This document shows, piece after piece, positions 12,282 through 25,943 of a DNA stretch of 64,000 nt; the stretch's first letter is position 1, and each line of letters starts with the position of its first letter. The stretch is from Octopus sinensis (lineage: Eukaryota). A program made the position numbers and the translations under genes. The notes under the pieces were generated by a model. The model searched no databases, had not been told where the DNA came from, and saw only the letters and a list, made by a program, of their open reading frames with translations. The DNA lies in assembly GCF_006345805.1 (NCBI RefSeq), contig NC_043003.1, forward strand, positions 20,398,001-20,462,000, read 5' to 3'.

Positions 12282-13052
12282 CCCCTTGACAACGGTTGAC
12301 GCAAACATGCGATCACACTTTTGCTTGCCTACCCGCGGTTAACGTAAATATACGATGTAGAGCTGCCCTACATCTATCACGGACTTTTTAGCGGCTGACG
12401 TACGTTTACGTTCGCTATCGTGTACTTTATCTCTTGAGGTGCGTTCGCTCGCCGTCCCGTGCATTATCTTAGCTATTTTAGGTTACGTTCAAGTCATGAG
12501 ACTAGTAGAAGACCAATGACATGCGGATACTTTACATGCATAATACCTATTTCTTTATTACCCACTAGGGGCTAAACATAGATGAGACAAACAAGGACAG
12601 ACATAGGTATTAAGTCGATTACATAGGCCCCAGTGCGTAACTGGTACTTAATTTATCGACCCCGAAAGGATGAAAGGCAAAGTCGACCTCGGCGGAATTT
12701 GAACTCACAACGTAACGGCAGACGAAATGCCGCTAAGCATTTCGCCCGGCGTGCTAACGTTTCTGCCAGCTCGCCGCCTTTTACATGCATAATACCGTTT
12801 TTTGAGTTGTACCACACGCAAGCTATTTTCTGAACTTGAGCCGAATAACTCGTGCATATCATATTATGATAAATAGCTTCACATTGTTCGTTTTCATAAA
12901 CCGGTAGACGTAAATGTACGACACTATGTTGTTGTAACTGTGAACGTAAATAGACGCGAGTTCGTTGGCACTTGTGTGTTTGTGTGGCCTCATTAGATAA
13001 AATAAACCGGAGCAGTGTCTCGAATGCTTCGGGTATTACCGGCGTCAAGGGG
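12282..13052. mobile_element. Non-autonomous piggyBac element (MITE)
   Basis: TTAA at 12278-81 and 13053-56 flank TIRs CCCCTTGACAACGGT and CCCCTTGACGCCGGT (13/15 match). Confidence 0.85.
12543..12779 (-). mobile_element. SINE family A, full length, nested in the piggyBac MITE
   Basis: Complete head, core and tail. Direct repeat tttacatgcataatacc at 12531-47 and 12780-96 (TSD). Confidence 0.9.
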
Positions 13053-14027
13053 TTAATGACTTGTACGTACGCGGTGTTTCGTTATGCGACCATAATATAC
13101 TATAAAATATATTTAATGTTTTCATAAGTTAATACCACGTTCTACTGTGTTAGCAGTGCAACTTCTGCATTATTTATTAAGGTTAAGCAATGAGTTCGAG
13201 GATAACCAATGGGTTAGATAGGAGCTGAAGAAAGGGGCAAACCCCGCTGAAATGTGGTATATACGTCCACTACATGTTTTCATCTTCGATCACATTGTTT
13301 GTTTACATCTGGCGTTTCGATACGAAATGTCATAATAAAAATCAGTGCTGGTTGCAGTTTGTATAGATTATCTATAGAGATAGCATTAATGATGCAGTGT
13401 TCCGTTTTGGAATTGGATTTTTTTTTATTTTTCTTTATTTTATCCTGAAAATGCGTGAGGTTAGTAAGGTCGCTCCCTGTATGTTGCGTGGTTCGTGAGG
13501 AATTTTGGTATTTGTGTGCTTCTCTCATATGCTTTTTTTTCTTTTTTGTTTTCCTCCAATGTGGGCGATTGATAATTATGAGGATAATTTCGTCATCCAA
13601 ATCATCATAAACATCATCATCGTCGTCGTCGTCATTATCATCATCATCATCATCATTGCTTTCGTTGTCGTCTCATCTCCTCCGCCTCCTCATCTTCTGA
13701 TCTTCTTCACCACCACCACCACCACCACCGCCACCAACACTACCACCACCATTTCGTCGTCATCGTCATCGTCGTCGTCGTCATCGTCATCATCGTTATC
13801 ATCGTCATCATCATCATCATCATCATTACTCTCATTAGCGTCATCGTCGACATTATCACAAATATTTCATCGTCTTCATAAATAATGAACAAATATCAAT
13901 ATTTATTATCACCGTCAATATCCTTATTATTCCTGTTAATTTTGCTACTATAATAATAATACTAATAATAATAATAATGATAATGATAATAATAATAATG
14001 ATAATGATAATAATAATAATGATGATG

Positions 14028-14064
<37 letters not shown>

Positions 14065-14835
14065 TAATAATAATGATAATGATAATAATAATGAAAATAA
14101 TATTAATGATAATAATAATAATGATAATAATGATAATAATAATAAGAATTATTATTATTATTGTAGTTGTTGTTATTATCATCATAGTCATGATCTTCAA
14201 CATCATCCTCATCCTGATCATAACCGTCAGTATCACTACATTTTTCACCCATGTTTAATTTTCTGGATGAGAGGACAGGTTGTTCTGTTTACATCAGATT
14301 TCATTGAAACGTTCTCTTATGTTCCGCCTTGTTATATTTTGTTGCTGTAGTATTCACCCTCTCTCTGTCTCTCCTTTGTCTCCCCTTCTCTCTCTCTCTC
14401 TCATACACATACCTTATCTGATATTATATCTCGCCGTTCCCAATTAAACTGGGTGGGCTGGAAATGTATTTAACAAACGCATTGAACGCTTGTTAGATTA
14501 ACAGATTGATTAAATGGATGCTTTACCGAAACGTCTGTTCTTTGGTCGCTTTCAATTGACTGATTTATGGTTGGTTATTATTTAACATAATTTTTATTTA
14601 CTTTTACACGGAGTTCCTTCCTCTGTTGATGTAATGTATGAGTCCATGTGTTTGCATTCTAAATGCAAATATTAGTTAACTCTTTTGTTTCTGATAACAG
14701 AAAAGTGGAATGGTGTGAAATTGACAAGTCCTCATGAGAGAATTGGTTGTTTATATTTAAACAGACATCCCTCCGTTACTTACGTATGAACAGCTAAAAT
14801 ATCCAGATCTATCTATCTAACTATCTATCTATCTA

Positions 14836-14901
<66 letters not shown>

Positions 14902-15162
14902 CCTGTGCATGTGTATGTGCGTTTGCTATTTACATAACATTGTAAATATTGCGTGATGAATAATTTATGATTTATAGACACGTACGATTTCATGCAGAAA
15001 AGGATTGTAAATATGTTGCTGTAAATTAACAATCATCGGACACGGCTCAGTGGAAAGGCATTGCTTCAAGTGCCCGTTTTTCTCTGGTTAATGAAAACGT
15101 ATTGAGCTCTCTCTCTCTCTATGTATGTATGTAAATGTATATGTAATATATATATATAGTAT

Positions 15163-15196
<34 letters not shown>

Positions 15197-15213
15197 ATAT
15201 ACAGCATACATAC

Positions 15214-15253
<40 letters not shown>

Positions 15254-15952
15254 TCTCAGTGTTCAGGTGTTTTGGTCAATTATATTATATTAACACAGCC
15301 ATTATTGTGCAGCTTAGAATTTAGTTTCACAGTTGAGAGGTTCAAGGCTGAGCCTACCATCCGGTATCTTGAGTAAGTTTAATGGAAACTGCACAGAAGC
15401 GTACTGTCAGAAAACGTCAGATAGTCAATAGCATAAAGAACCAGAGTAATCAATACTAGACTCACGGTCGTTCTATTGGTTCTTAATTTCAAGGATATGC
15501 TCTAGCAAACTCTATAGGAACAGGAATTAACCACAAAATAGCTTAGAAACCTGTCTTGAGAATACGGATTTAAGAAAATCAGAAAACACATGGCTAATTA
15601 CAAAGTTACAAGTCATTGGTAGAACTATAAAAACATAGACATACTAACGTATGCATACATAAATGTGAAGTCAAAACGTACTTACTCAAACAATGATATA
15701 TATACAGGCAAAGTAAGAATTTATACATACGTGTACCTGGGCATTATACATACGCGTACCTGGGCATAACACCTATCTACATACAAACGTACATAAATAC
15801 AAACATTCATATACAATTATACAAATATACAAAAAAATGAAAAGGAAAGAAATTATTCTCATTGCTCAAGTTTGACATATTTTGAAAATGAGTTCAAATT
15901 TGTACCTTGCAATAAGATGGGAAAATAACGAATTCATAAAATAAAAGGGTAA

Positions 15953-16270
15953 ACACCCCCTTCAGTTATGAATGACCATGGGATTGCATCTAGAAAGTTA
16001 CACACCATGGCTCAAATACGGGCAAGGTTGTTTATGAAAGACCAGCAGTCGCCCATGCATACCAGCCTCTCTACTTCACTCCACCGATGTTATTGAAAGG
16101 AAGACCGATACAACTTGACACCAGTGACGTCGCAACTCATTTCTACAGCTGAGTGCACTGGAGCAACGTGAAATAAAGCGTGTCGCTCAAGAACACAATA
16201 CATAGCATGGTTCGGGGATCGAACTCACTCCCTCATGATTGAGAGCCCGACGCTCTAACCACTGAGCCGA
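15953..16270 (-). mobile_element. SINE family C
   Basis: tRNA-like head (ggctcagtggttagagcgtcgggctc...gagttcgatcccc), then cttgagcgacacgctttatttcacgttgctccagtgcactcagctgtagaaatgagt. Confidence 0.85.
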
Positions 16271-16329
16271 ACCCAAATAATGCAACAAATATAACAAAAT
16301 ATGTACTGTAGGTATAATGTATAAGATGA

Positions 16330-17800
16330 TTATACATTATACTTAATGAACAACAACTGGACAATAGATTAATATTTCTAAAGAGTAAAGAAAATACATT
16401 CAAGATAAAGTATAGCCTACAACAATTACATCACTGCCATGCCCTTAGGAATCATTCTCCTGACCCCAATATTTGGCCTTCTGAACTGGACACAACAGAT
16501 GTCTAAGTGAGATGGATCTAAGAGTTCAGAAACTTCTCAATTTTGCTGAAAATTTCCGTGTCAAATGGAACGTAGACTGATTATATTTCCCACACAACGA
16601 AAAGAGCTTTGACCTTAAATCTATAGTAATATGATATGAAACCTGTTGCAAGTTGCAGAATGTTTGCAGCACACCGGACAAAATGCTTAATGGCATTTCG
16701 TCCGTCTTCCCGTTCTGAATTCAAATTCTGCCGTTGTCGACTTTGCTTTTCATTCTTTCGGGGTCGATAAAATAAGTACCAGTTGAGTACTGAGGTCCAT
16801 GTAATGGGCTTACTCCTTTCGCCGAAATTGTTGCCTATGTGCCAAAAGTTGAAATCAATATATGAAGCCTAACAGAGAATTTCCTGAAGAGAACAAAAGT
16901 TTATCGATTATCTTGCTCAAGTTTTCAAGAACTAAATTGAAAACATTATTAGGGTGTCTAATGAAATTGGGAACGAATATGAAATAAAAGAACATAAAAC
17001 TGTCACTGGCTTTTCCCCCATGGAGTATTTGGAAACCCTACTTAACGCTGCATCGGGAAAAAAAAACTGATATGGTTGTAAACGGATGCTTGAAATGAAA
17101 AAAATACTAGCCATTAAGGGAATTAACCTGCTAAAAGCCTGGCAAGGAGTAACAACAGGTTTATAACATCTTTATTTCAAGATCATCTCTATGTAACCTA
17201 GGAGAGGGAATCTCATCAAGCGTCTTCTATAAAAGAAAACAATACATCGGCTGACAACAAATGTTGGCAATGCCAAATAAAAACCGAACACGTTTGTCAT
17301 ATGACTGCAAAGTGTTAGAGAATGTCCCAGGGATTAATACTTTTCCACGGCGAATAATGCTCTCGTTCCAGCAATCAGGAATAAAATAATATACTAAAGG
17401 AAAACATATAACAAACAATAAAAATGAGCGCAGTGAGACTCATCGATCAAAAGAATATTGGTGAAATCTGGAGTTAAAACTGCGAATATAACGAGGCACA
17501 GCCGATTTGATATTGCTATTTTGGGGAATGAAAACCTATAAAGCATGCACCATTGTAAAAGTCAGCTGCCTATATGACGTCAATGTAGATACACATTTGA
17601 AAGAAACAGGCAATTATGAGCCATTAATGGGGACATAACAGATCCAATACCAAAAATATGTATTAATGTTATAAGCGTTATCGACGGGATCAAAATATGA
17701 TTAAATTTGAATTTTTGGATAAAAAATTGTAATGCCATAATTCATACGGTACCAGATAAAAATCAAGAGGGCCTTCATAAGTTTAAAGGGTGAAAGATTG
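16330..17800 (+). mobile_element. Heavily decayed R4/RLE-type LINE, interrupted by a SINE at 16651-16860
   Basis: Fragmentary translations: ILLTPIFGLLNWT, NVD*LYFPH (DRLY.PR), NKCWQCQIKTEHVCHMTAKC (CCHC), KEYW*N, RHSRFDIAIL, CTIVKVSCLYDVNV. Confidence 0.7.
16651..16860 (+). mobile_element. SINE family A variant
   Basis: ttctgaattcaaattctgccgttgtcgactttgcttttcattctttcggggtcgataaaataagtaccag. Confidence 0.8.
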
Positions 17801-18011
17801 CAGTGAAACATAAAGTAAGGAACAATACATTTTCTTTTCTTTTCGATTATCATAATTATTATTATTAGCAAGTGTAACAAAGCCATTAAATAGTGTAACG
17901 CCTCTATCAGATGTGGATTATGTATGCTGCGGAAGGAGATATAATGAGACGATGTGATCTACCCGGAAAACCGATTTACTTTATCAGTAACGGCGGGTGG
18001 GAGATGGATAC

Positions 18012-18056
18012 TTGCTACTGACGAAGCTCATCGGGGCAGAAATGTACATCTAACAA
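18012..18056 (+). ncRNA. Type-I hammerhead ribozyme-like motif
   Basis: ttgcta-CTGACGA-a-GCTC-atcg-GGGC-a-GAAA-TGTACA-TC-taacaa. Stem I 5/6 bp, stem II 4 bp, palindromic stem III ATGTACAT, AUC triplet. Confidence 0.65.
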
Positions 18057-18248
18057 TGCCACAACTGGTAAATGATATTCGTCTCCTACTGATATATTTT
18101 TGTGTTTGTTTAATACTTTATGCTTATATCTCAGGTCAAATGTTGCATTTAACAAGGCTTTCAGTGAAATATCTGCTTTAAGTGTAATATAGAGATTGCT
18201 ATTTCAAACTAATACTGTTTTTGCCGCACATAACGTAAATATATTTAC

Positions 18249-18279
<31 letters not shown>

Positions 18280-18366
18280 TGTATGTGTGTATGTATGCAT
18301 GTATCTATGTTATGTCTATCATCATCGCAGAAAATGCTTATATATGTGTGGGTGTATAATATATAA

Positions 18367-18452
<86 letters not shown>

Positions 18453-18700
18453 GTACGTATATTTTGTATATATACATATATACATTTGCTAAATTGTATC
18501 AAGTTACTGTAAGTTTTATGTTCGGAGGCAATCCTCAAACATCAATAGTTGGTAGTAAGATGTCTAGTACAGTTGGACGAGTAACAGTGCACCGGCTGTC
18601 ATTATAATTCGAGGATTGATTTCGGGTACGAAACTGTGACTGAAGTTATGTAAAAGGCATAAAGCAAATATATATGTATGCATGTATGTATATGTGTGTG

Positions 18701-18751
<51 letters not shown>

Positions 18752-18919
18752 ATATACATATATATATAATATATATGGATATAGACATTATATGTATATA
18801 CATTATACACATTTTACATACATATATATATTATACACATTATATATATACATATATATATATATATAAATATATATATATACATACATGCATACATACA
18901 CACATACATACATACATAC

Positions 18920-18964
<45 letters not shown>

Positions 18965-19066
18965 ATTATATATATATATATGTATGCATGTATGTATAAA
19001 TATTTCTTTGCTTATTCCTATTCCGATTAATTTTTAATGAAGCTCGTTACCTCGTGAATACATAAA

Positions 19067-19155
<89 letters not shown>

Positions 19156-19959
19156 CATTATACGGAGAGAATTTTGTTTTAATGAATAGTATGCAAACGT
19201 TTATTATCGTATTTTATTACTAGTTATAAGTTTAAACCTATTAGATGAATTAAAGTTTCTATTGAGATACAGTGCATTAAGGATTATATTACTGTTTCAC
19301 TATAACTCCTCAATGTACATATACTATATATATATATGCGCACATCCATACGATCGATATCCATGGACATAAACTTTTGTTAAGCATTAGTCGTATGAAG
19401 AAATATACCACAATATTACAACTACTTAAGTGGTTTACGTTTACTATACATGCGCCTCAGTGTTTAAAATGCTCATCAAATTGTGAATTCTATACACAGA
19501 TAAAGCTGTGCTTCTTTCTTTTTTTTTGTGAATGTGTTGTTATATTTTTCTAAAGGAGAGATTTGTTATTTCTTGTTGCTTCAAAACTCTGGCAGCAAGA
19601 GACAAATTCGTTCTTATTATGTTTGCTGCTGCTTAATTGAGCTTAATCCAGTCAATTGCGAAATGTTCTAAATTTCATGATAGCTCTTTATACATCTATT
19701 GTTATTGTTTGCGTTGTTACAAGCAAGATTTAGCTGTGTTGTGCCAATGTAAATTTTTATTTGAAATATTCACTTGCCTTGTCGCTCTAATTTTCACAGA
19801 CATGTAACTCTCTCGAAAGCTTTCGTCCACAAGCAGTTATTACACATTACAGAAAGGTTGTGTTCTGTTTGACACATTGTTCGACACAGCTTATCAGGAA
19901 GATCCTGGTTTTGTGAAATCATGGGTAAACGATATCCTAAAGCACTGAGATCGAAATAG

Positions 19960-20335
19960 GCGCGGGCATGGCTTGTGGTTAACAAGCTCGCTTTACAAAC
20001 AAAGTGAGTTTAGTCCCACTGAGTGGTATCTTAGGCAAGTTTCTTCTACCATAGCCTCGGGCGCACAAATTTTTTCTGAATATATTTAGTAGACGGAAAC
20101 CATGTGGAAGACTGTTGCGTATATGTCTATATTTGTGTGTGTGTGTATTATTCTGTGTGTGTGTGTGGGGGGGAGTGTATTTGTCTATGTGTGTGTCTGT
20201 TTGTACCTCTCACAGTCGCAACTGCTTGACAATCGGGACTGGTTTGTTTACATCCCCGTAACTTCTCGCGATCGATAGAATTAGTATCAGGCATTTTAAA
20301 AGAAGAGTGAGTACTGGGATCGATATCTTCAGTAA
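19960..20335 (+). mobile_element. SINE family B, degenerate
   Basis: Head/core agtcccactgagtggtatcttaggcaagt, internal (TG)n, tail gcttgacaatcgggactggtttgtttacatccccgtaactt. Confidence 0.75.
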
Positions 20336-20344
20336 CAACCAACA

Positions 20345-20590
20345 GCGGTAATTTTATTCAGCTGAATACACGTCATTGATTGGTTGAAATTACCGAAATA
20401 CGACAACTTTAACACGAAATAACTTCGTAAATATAAAGTTTTCTCAAAAACGCTAAGAGTCAAAGATGCTTTATATGCCACATTCTACCAGTATTCGAAG
20501 TTCGAAAGTGTTTAGTTACAAAAAATTATTTTCTAAACCTGCCGATCAAGAGGTAAAGATCCTACCTCACCAAAAATGACTTAGTAGAGG
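20345..20590 (+). mobile_element. Unclassified dispersed repeat, second copy at 62620-62905 inverted
   Basis: aacacgaaataacttcgtaaatataaa..ttttctcaaaaacg..aagag and cacattctacca are shared in reverse complement. Abuts (TA)n. Confidence 0.65.
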
Positions 20591-20600
20591 TCTGGCTGAT

Positions 20601-20683
<83 letters not shown>

Positions 20684-21404
20684 TGTGTGTGTGTAAATGT
20701 AATAAAGCATTGCCCGATGTAGATAAATGCTTTTAAATTATTTTGGAAGCCAAATCAATGTGAGTTATACAAAAAAATAAAAAACCCAAAAACAAATGCA
20801 AGCCTATCGCTTCTATGTTTATGTTGTATTTCAAGTTTCAGAAGATTTCTTGAAGAAGAGGACATGACCCGGAAATATTGAAATCAAAGCATAAACATAA
20901 AAGTACAAGCCATCGACTTATTTCTTGTAACTTGCATAGTTTTGGCTTTCATCACACACACATACACTTATATACACGTGTATACGCAGGCATACATACG
21001 TAAAACATACATACATACAGACAGACAGACATACATACATGCAATGCACACATACTCCGCACAAGCATGTGGTTTTGAGCCAAGTCATGTCACAAGAAAT
21101 CAGTATCTAAAACAGATCAACCATGTTATAAACTCGTTTATTGGCATTAGCTTCATATCTGAATAGACTGGACTGAACATCCTTATCTTACTACCGCGAT
21201 ATCAGCAGGAATACTTGGCTTCTTTGATTTCTGTTGCTGGCTGATCTAACTGCACTACACACTTTCCAGCCAGATTCTAATCTGCTAGACGTTGTCTCTG
21301 ATGGATTATCTCCGTAATAGCACAAATACGAAACAGACAGATTATCACATTCTGATCTCAAAAGTCGTTGTTATTGTATGTAAAGTAGTTTTATTATATC
21401 ATTT

Positions 21405-21408
21405 ATCG

Positions 21409-21445
<37 letters not shown>

Positions 21446-21446
21446 G

Positions 21447-21509
<63 letters not shown>

Positions 21510-21526
21510 GTCTATCTGTCTATCTG

Positions 21527-21577
<51 letters not shown>

Positions 21578-21598
21578 GTCTGTCTGTCTGTCTGTCTT

Positions 21599-21633
<35 letters not shown>

Positions 21634-21673
21634 GTCTATATATCTATCCATCTATCTATCTATCTATCCATTC

Positions 21674-21765
<92 letters not shown>

Positions 21766-21870
21766 GTCTATCTATCTATCTATCCATTCATCTATCTATC
21801 TATCAATCAATCTATCTATCTATCTATCTATCTATCTATTTATCTGTCTGTTTGATTGTCTGACTATCTA
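21405..21870. repeat. (TATC)n/(TGTC)n compound microsatellite
   Basis: Direct reading. Confidence 0.95.
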
Positions 21871-22700
21871 TCTATCTTTATATTTTCTCTCTCTCTCTCA
21901 CCACTTCTGTACCTGTGTCTATATATCTCGTCTGTCTGTCTGTCTATGAATTAATCTATCTATCAATCTTTCTATCGGTCTGTCTCTGTATATATATATG
22001 TATATAGGCAGATTGATACATTTATAGATATAATGTACATATACATACATACATACATACACCATACATACATAAACATACATACATACATACATGCATA
22101 CATACATAATATTAATATATATATATATAGATATAGATGTATATATATTCATGTATTCATATGTATATATACACTCGTAAACACGCATACATACACATAC
22201 ACGCTCGCATACATACATATACACAGATATATATATATATATATATATCTATATATATATATATATCATCAGAATATGAGTTCTAGATATAAGATGATTA
22301 ATTACTATATTATGCAATAATAGATTTCCTGTAAGATCACAATGAATTTTCTTTATGAGAGACATTGAGAAACGCCGTTAGGAAGTTTACACATCTTTCA
22401 AGTGGTCTGCTAGGAAAGTGAAGAAGCAGCTCATATATAGATGTATATACATATATATATATAGTTTTAACACTCTCATCTTATATTTATTAAGTTCAAA
22501 TCATTGACTACAGTCATATTCTATATTTGGATAGACGGACAATGCGCGTAATTTCATGTTACTTAATATACCTTGATATTCGAAATGCTGATTAAATTAT
22601 CTAAATTTATCTTGCTCACATTTAAGTCAAAATAAAGACGTCTAAACATACATATACATAAATATACATATTTATGTATCATATACATAAATATGATATA

Positions 22701-23112
22701 GGCGTAGGAGTGGCTGTGGTAAGTAGCTTGCTTACCAACCACATGGTTCCGGGTTCAGTCCCACTGCGTAGCACCTTGGGCAAGTGTCTTCTACTATAGT
22801 CTCGGGCCGACCAAAGCCTTGTGAGTGGATTTGGTAGACGGAAACTGAAAGAAGCCCGCCGTATATATGTATATATATATATGTGTGTATGTGTGTGTAT
22901 GTTTGTGTGTCTGTGTTTGTCCCCCCAACATCGCTTGACAACCGATGCTGGTGTGTTTACGTCCCCGTAACTTAGCGGTTCGGCAAAATAAACCGATAGA
23001 ATAAGTACTAGGCTTACAAAGAATAAGTCCTGGGATCGATTTGCTCGACTAAAGGCGGTGCTCCAGCATGACCACAATCAAATGACTGAAACAAGTAAAA
23101 GAGTGAAGAGAG
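22701..23112 (+). mobile_element. SINE family B, full length (tRNA head, CORE-like segment, internal (TA)(TG) microsatellite, tail)
   Basis: ggcgtaggagtggctgtggtaag, ggttccgggttcagtccc, caccttgggcaagtgtctt ... caaatgactgaaacaagtaaaagag. Confidence 0.9.
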
Positions 23113-23573
23113 TATAGTTTCGGTTCTTAAAATACCCCACCTCTTTAAATGTTAAATTTTCCCTACATATTGTTGCTTTCATATACCGCCACGTCCACTC
23201 TACCTGAGCGGGGCTACGTTGAAAGGCTTTCCAACTATGTCCAGTCTTTGTTTTGCACAATCAATGCATGAATGATTATATCATCTCACGTGTGCTTCTG
23301 CTCTTTAATTTGAAACGAAAGTAATATACAATTAGAGGGAGACTCGGTTATATTTTCGGGGCTCAAGCATCCGTAAATAGGCTTCTACGCTGTGTCATGA
23401 TTTCCCACGTAAATAAGCAATGCAAATGATACGGAATTGTTTCAGCCACGAATCGAAACCAGAACCTCACACTTTTGAAAAATCTGCATTTTTTCATATC
23501 TCAGCCTGAATATTTATTGAGTTCCTCCTCAAATACATGTACACTCGCATTCACACACAAAAATAAGCTCACA

Positions 23574-23623
<50 letters not shown>

Positions 23624-23800
23624 GCACACACACACACACGTGTGTGTATTTGCAAATTATCAATACTGTAACCTCGGCTAGTGGTAGTGATCTTTGAAAC
23701 TCAATCTAAATTTGTTTCTGTCAGTCTGTTGAAGTTTCACAGGGAAACTAGTTTACGTTGAACTATATACATTGGTTTTGCAATATCCTTGCTATCAATA

Positions 23801-24376
23801 AGACGGCGCGCTGGCAGAATCGTTAGCACGCCGGGCGGAATGCGTAGCCGTATTTCGTAGGCCGTTACGTTCTGAGTTCAAATTTCGCCGAGGTCGACTT
23901 TGCCTTTCATCCTTTCGGGGTCGATAAATTGAGTACCAGTTGCGCACTGGGGTCAATATAATCGACTTAATCCCTTTGTCTGTCCTTGTTTGTCCTCTAT
24001 GTGTTTAGCCCTTATGGGTAGTAAAGAAATAGGTATTACGTCTGCCGTTACGTTCTGAGTTCAAATTCCACCGAGATCGACTTTGCCTTTCATCCTTTCG
24101 GGGTCGATAAATTGAGTACCAGTTGCGCACTGGGGTCAATATAATCGACTTAATCCCTTTGTCTGTCCTTGTTTGTCCTCTATGTGTTTAGCCCTTATGG
24201 GTAGTAAAGAAATAGGTATTACGTCTGCCGTTACGTTCTGAGTTCAAATTCCACCGAGATCGACTTTGCCTTTCATCCTTTCGGGGTCGATAAATTAAGT
24301 ACCAGTTATGCACTGAGGTCGATGTAATTGACTTAATCCATTTGTCTGTCCTTGTTTGTCCCCTCTATATTTAGAC
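23801..24376 (+). mobile_element. SINE family A with three tandem body units (183-bp period)
   Basis: gtgtttagcccttatgggtagtaaagaaataggtattacgtctgccg recurs at 24001 and 24184. Confidence 0.9.
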
Positions 24377-24529
24377 CTCTTTGTGAACAGGAGAGGTGAT
24401 TGTCATTTTTGGTTTGGGATAAATTAACATACAAAAAGCTCATAAGCTAAAGTTGTGAGATATGTAAAGTGATGGATATGTGATTATGAATTAAAATATA
24501 TACCGATATACTCTGACGAAAGGTGATTA

Positions 24530-25338
24530 TGCGTTGATATATAGGTGTGCTCTGTACTATTCGATAAATATATTTTCTTAATTTGAATGTTCTTGTACAG
24601 AAATTGTTTTTGTCACTCGTGGATGGGGAAAACTGGGAAATGTTTTGGAGATTCCCTGCACATCTCTGTATGTGTTCACTGAAAGGTATCTGTCAATACT
24701 TTGCGAAATGGATATGTTCCTTATGTAGTTCGGTTCTCTGTCTAAGTACCATATTTGTCTGTCCTATATAGTTATGTCCACAACCTAGACAAGTTATAGC
24801 ATAAATTAAGTTCTCGGATGCACATGTGAAGTCGGTCTTAATTGTGAACCTCTTTCCTTGTTTCAGCTGGAATCTCGAGCATCTAGTAGGTTGGGGCATG
24901 TTCCACAGTTTGGACGTTCACTTTTTTAACCATTAGTTTCGTGGTTGTTGTGTAAAGCTTCGCACTTTGTCAAATGTCTTTTCAGCGACATGGGTTGCAT
25001 TTTACATATGATGAATTTATGGGTTTTCAGAATGTTATTCATTTTTGGATCCCTCGTGTGTATTTATAGATTTTGCACAATAGTATGCTTAATTGTACGG
25101 AAGTATTTTGAGATGAGGTGTAGTGTTTCATCTTGTTTGTCTTTGTGTTTTAATGCCTATTTTCTTGGTGCGTTTAATTCCATCATCTATAAGTGAGAGT
25201 GGATAGTGTCACTCTGTTAGTCTTGTTTTGAAGTCTAGAAGACGAAGGTCCCGAGTATTTCCATCAGCCACTATTCTGCAGATCCTTTTTGCTAAATTAA
25301 AGGGAATATTTCTTCTGGTGTGTTTCGGATGGCAAGAG
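24530..25338 (-). mobile_element. Penelope-like element 3' fragment (RT thumb plus GIY-YIG endonuclease), decayed
   Basis: Minus strand: SCHPKHTRRNIPFNLAKRICRIV, HYPLSLIDDGIK, ERPNCGTCPNL, FTCASENLIYAITCLGCGHNYIGQT..LRQR..LH. Confidence 0.9.
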
Positions 25339-25339
25339 C

Positions 25340-25371
<32 letters not shown>

Positions 25372-25649
25372 ACACACACACACATATATATATATATAAT
25401 TTATACACACACACACTCACACATATAAACACACACACACATACATATATATATATGCATGACGGTTTCCATCTACCAAATTCACTCTCAAGGCCTTGGT
25501 CGGCACGAGGCTATAATAGAATACACTTGCCTAAGATGCCATTAGAACCCAGAACCATGTGGTTGGGATGCAAGCTTTATAATACACACACGCACACACA
25601 CACACACACACACATACACACGCAAACGCATACACACATATACACATAC

Positions 25650-25760
25650 ACCAAAAGAAATATTCCCTTTATTTAACGAAAACGATTTGCAGAATAGCGT
25701 CTGATGGAAATACTCGGGACCTTCGTCTCCTAGACTTCAGAACAACACTAACAGTGATAC
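25650..25760 (+). mobile_element. Inverted second copy of the 5' end of the Penelope fragment
   Basis: Reverse complement of 25208-25320, with substitutions (TKRNIPF...). Confidence 0.8.
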
Positions 25761-25912
25761 AAGCACGTATATGTATGTGTGTGTGTGTGTGCGTGTGTGT
25801 GAGTCTATATGTGTGTGTGTTTGTGTGAGTGCATGTGTCTATTTGCATGTCTATAGAACAGAGACATCACAAAATAGTGACAAATGCACGTAACAACGCA
25901 TACACACACGAT

Positions 25913-25943
<31 letters not shown>

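Noticed and set aside
14500-14540. TTGATTA...GAAACGTC motif
   Set aside because: Two core substitutions and no credible stem II.
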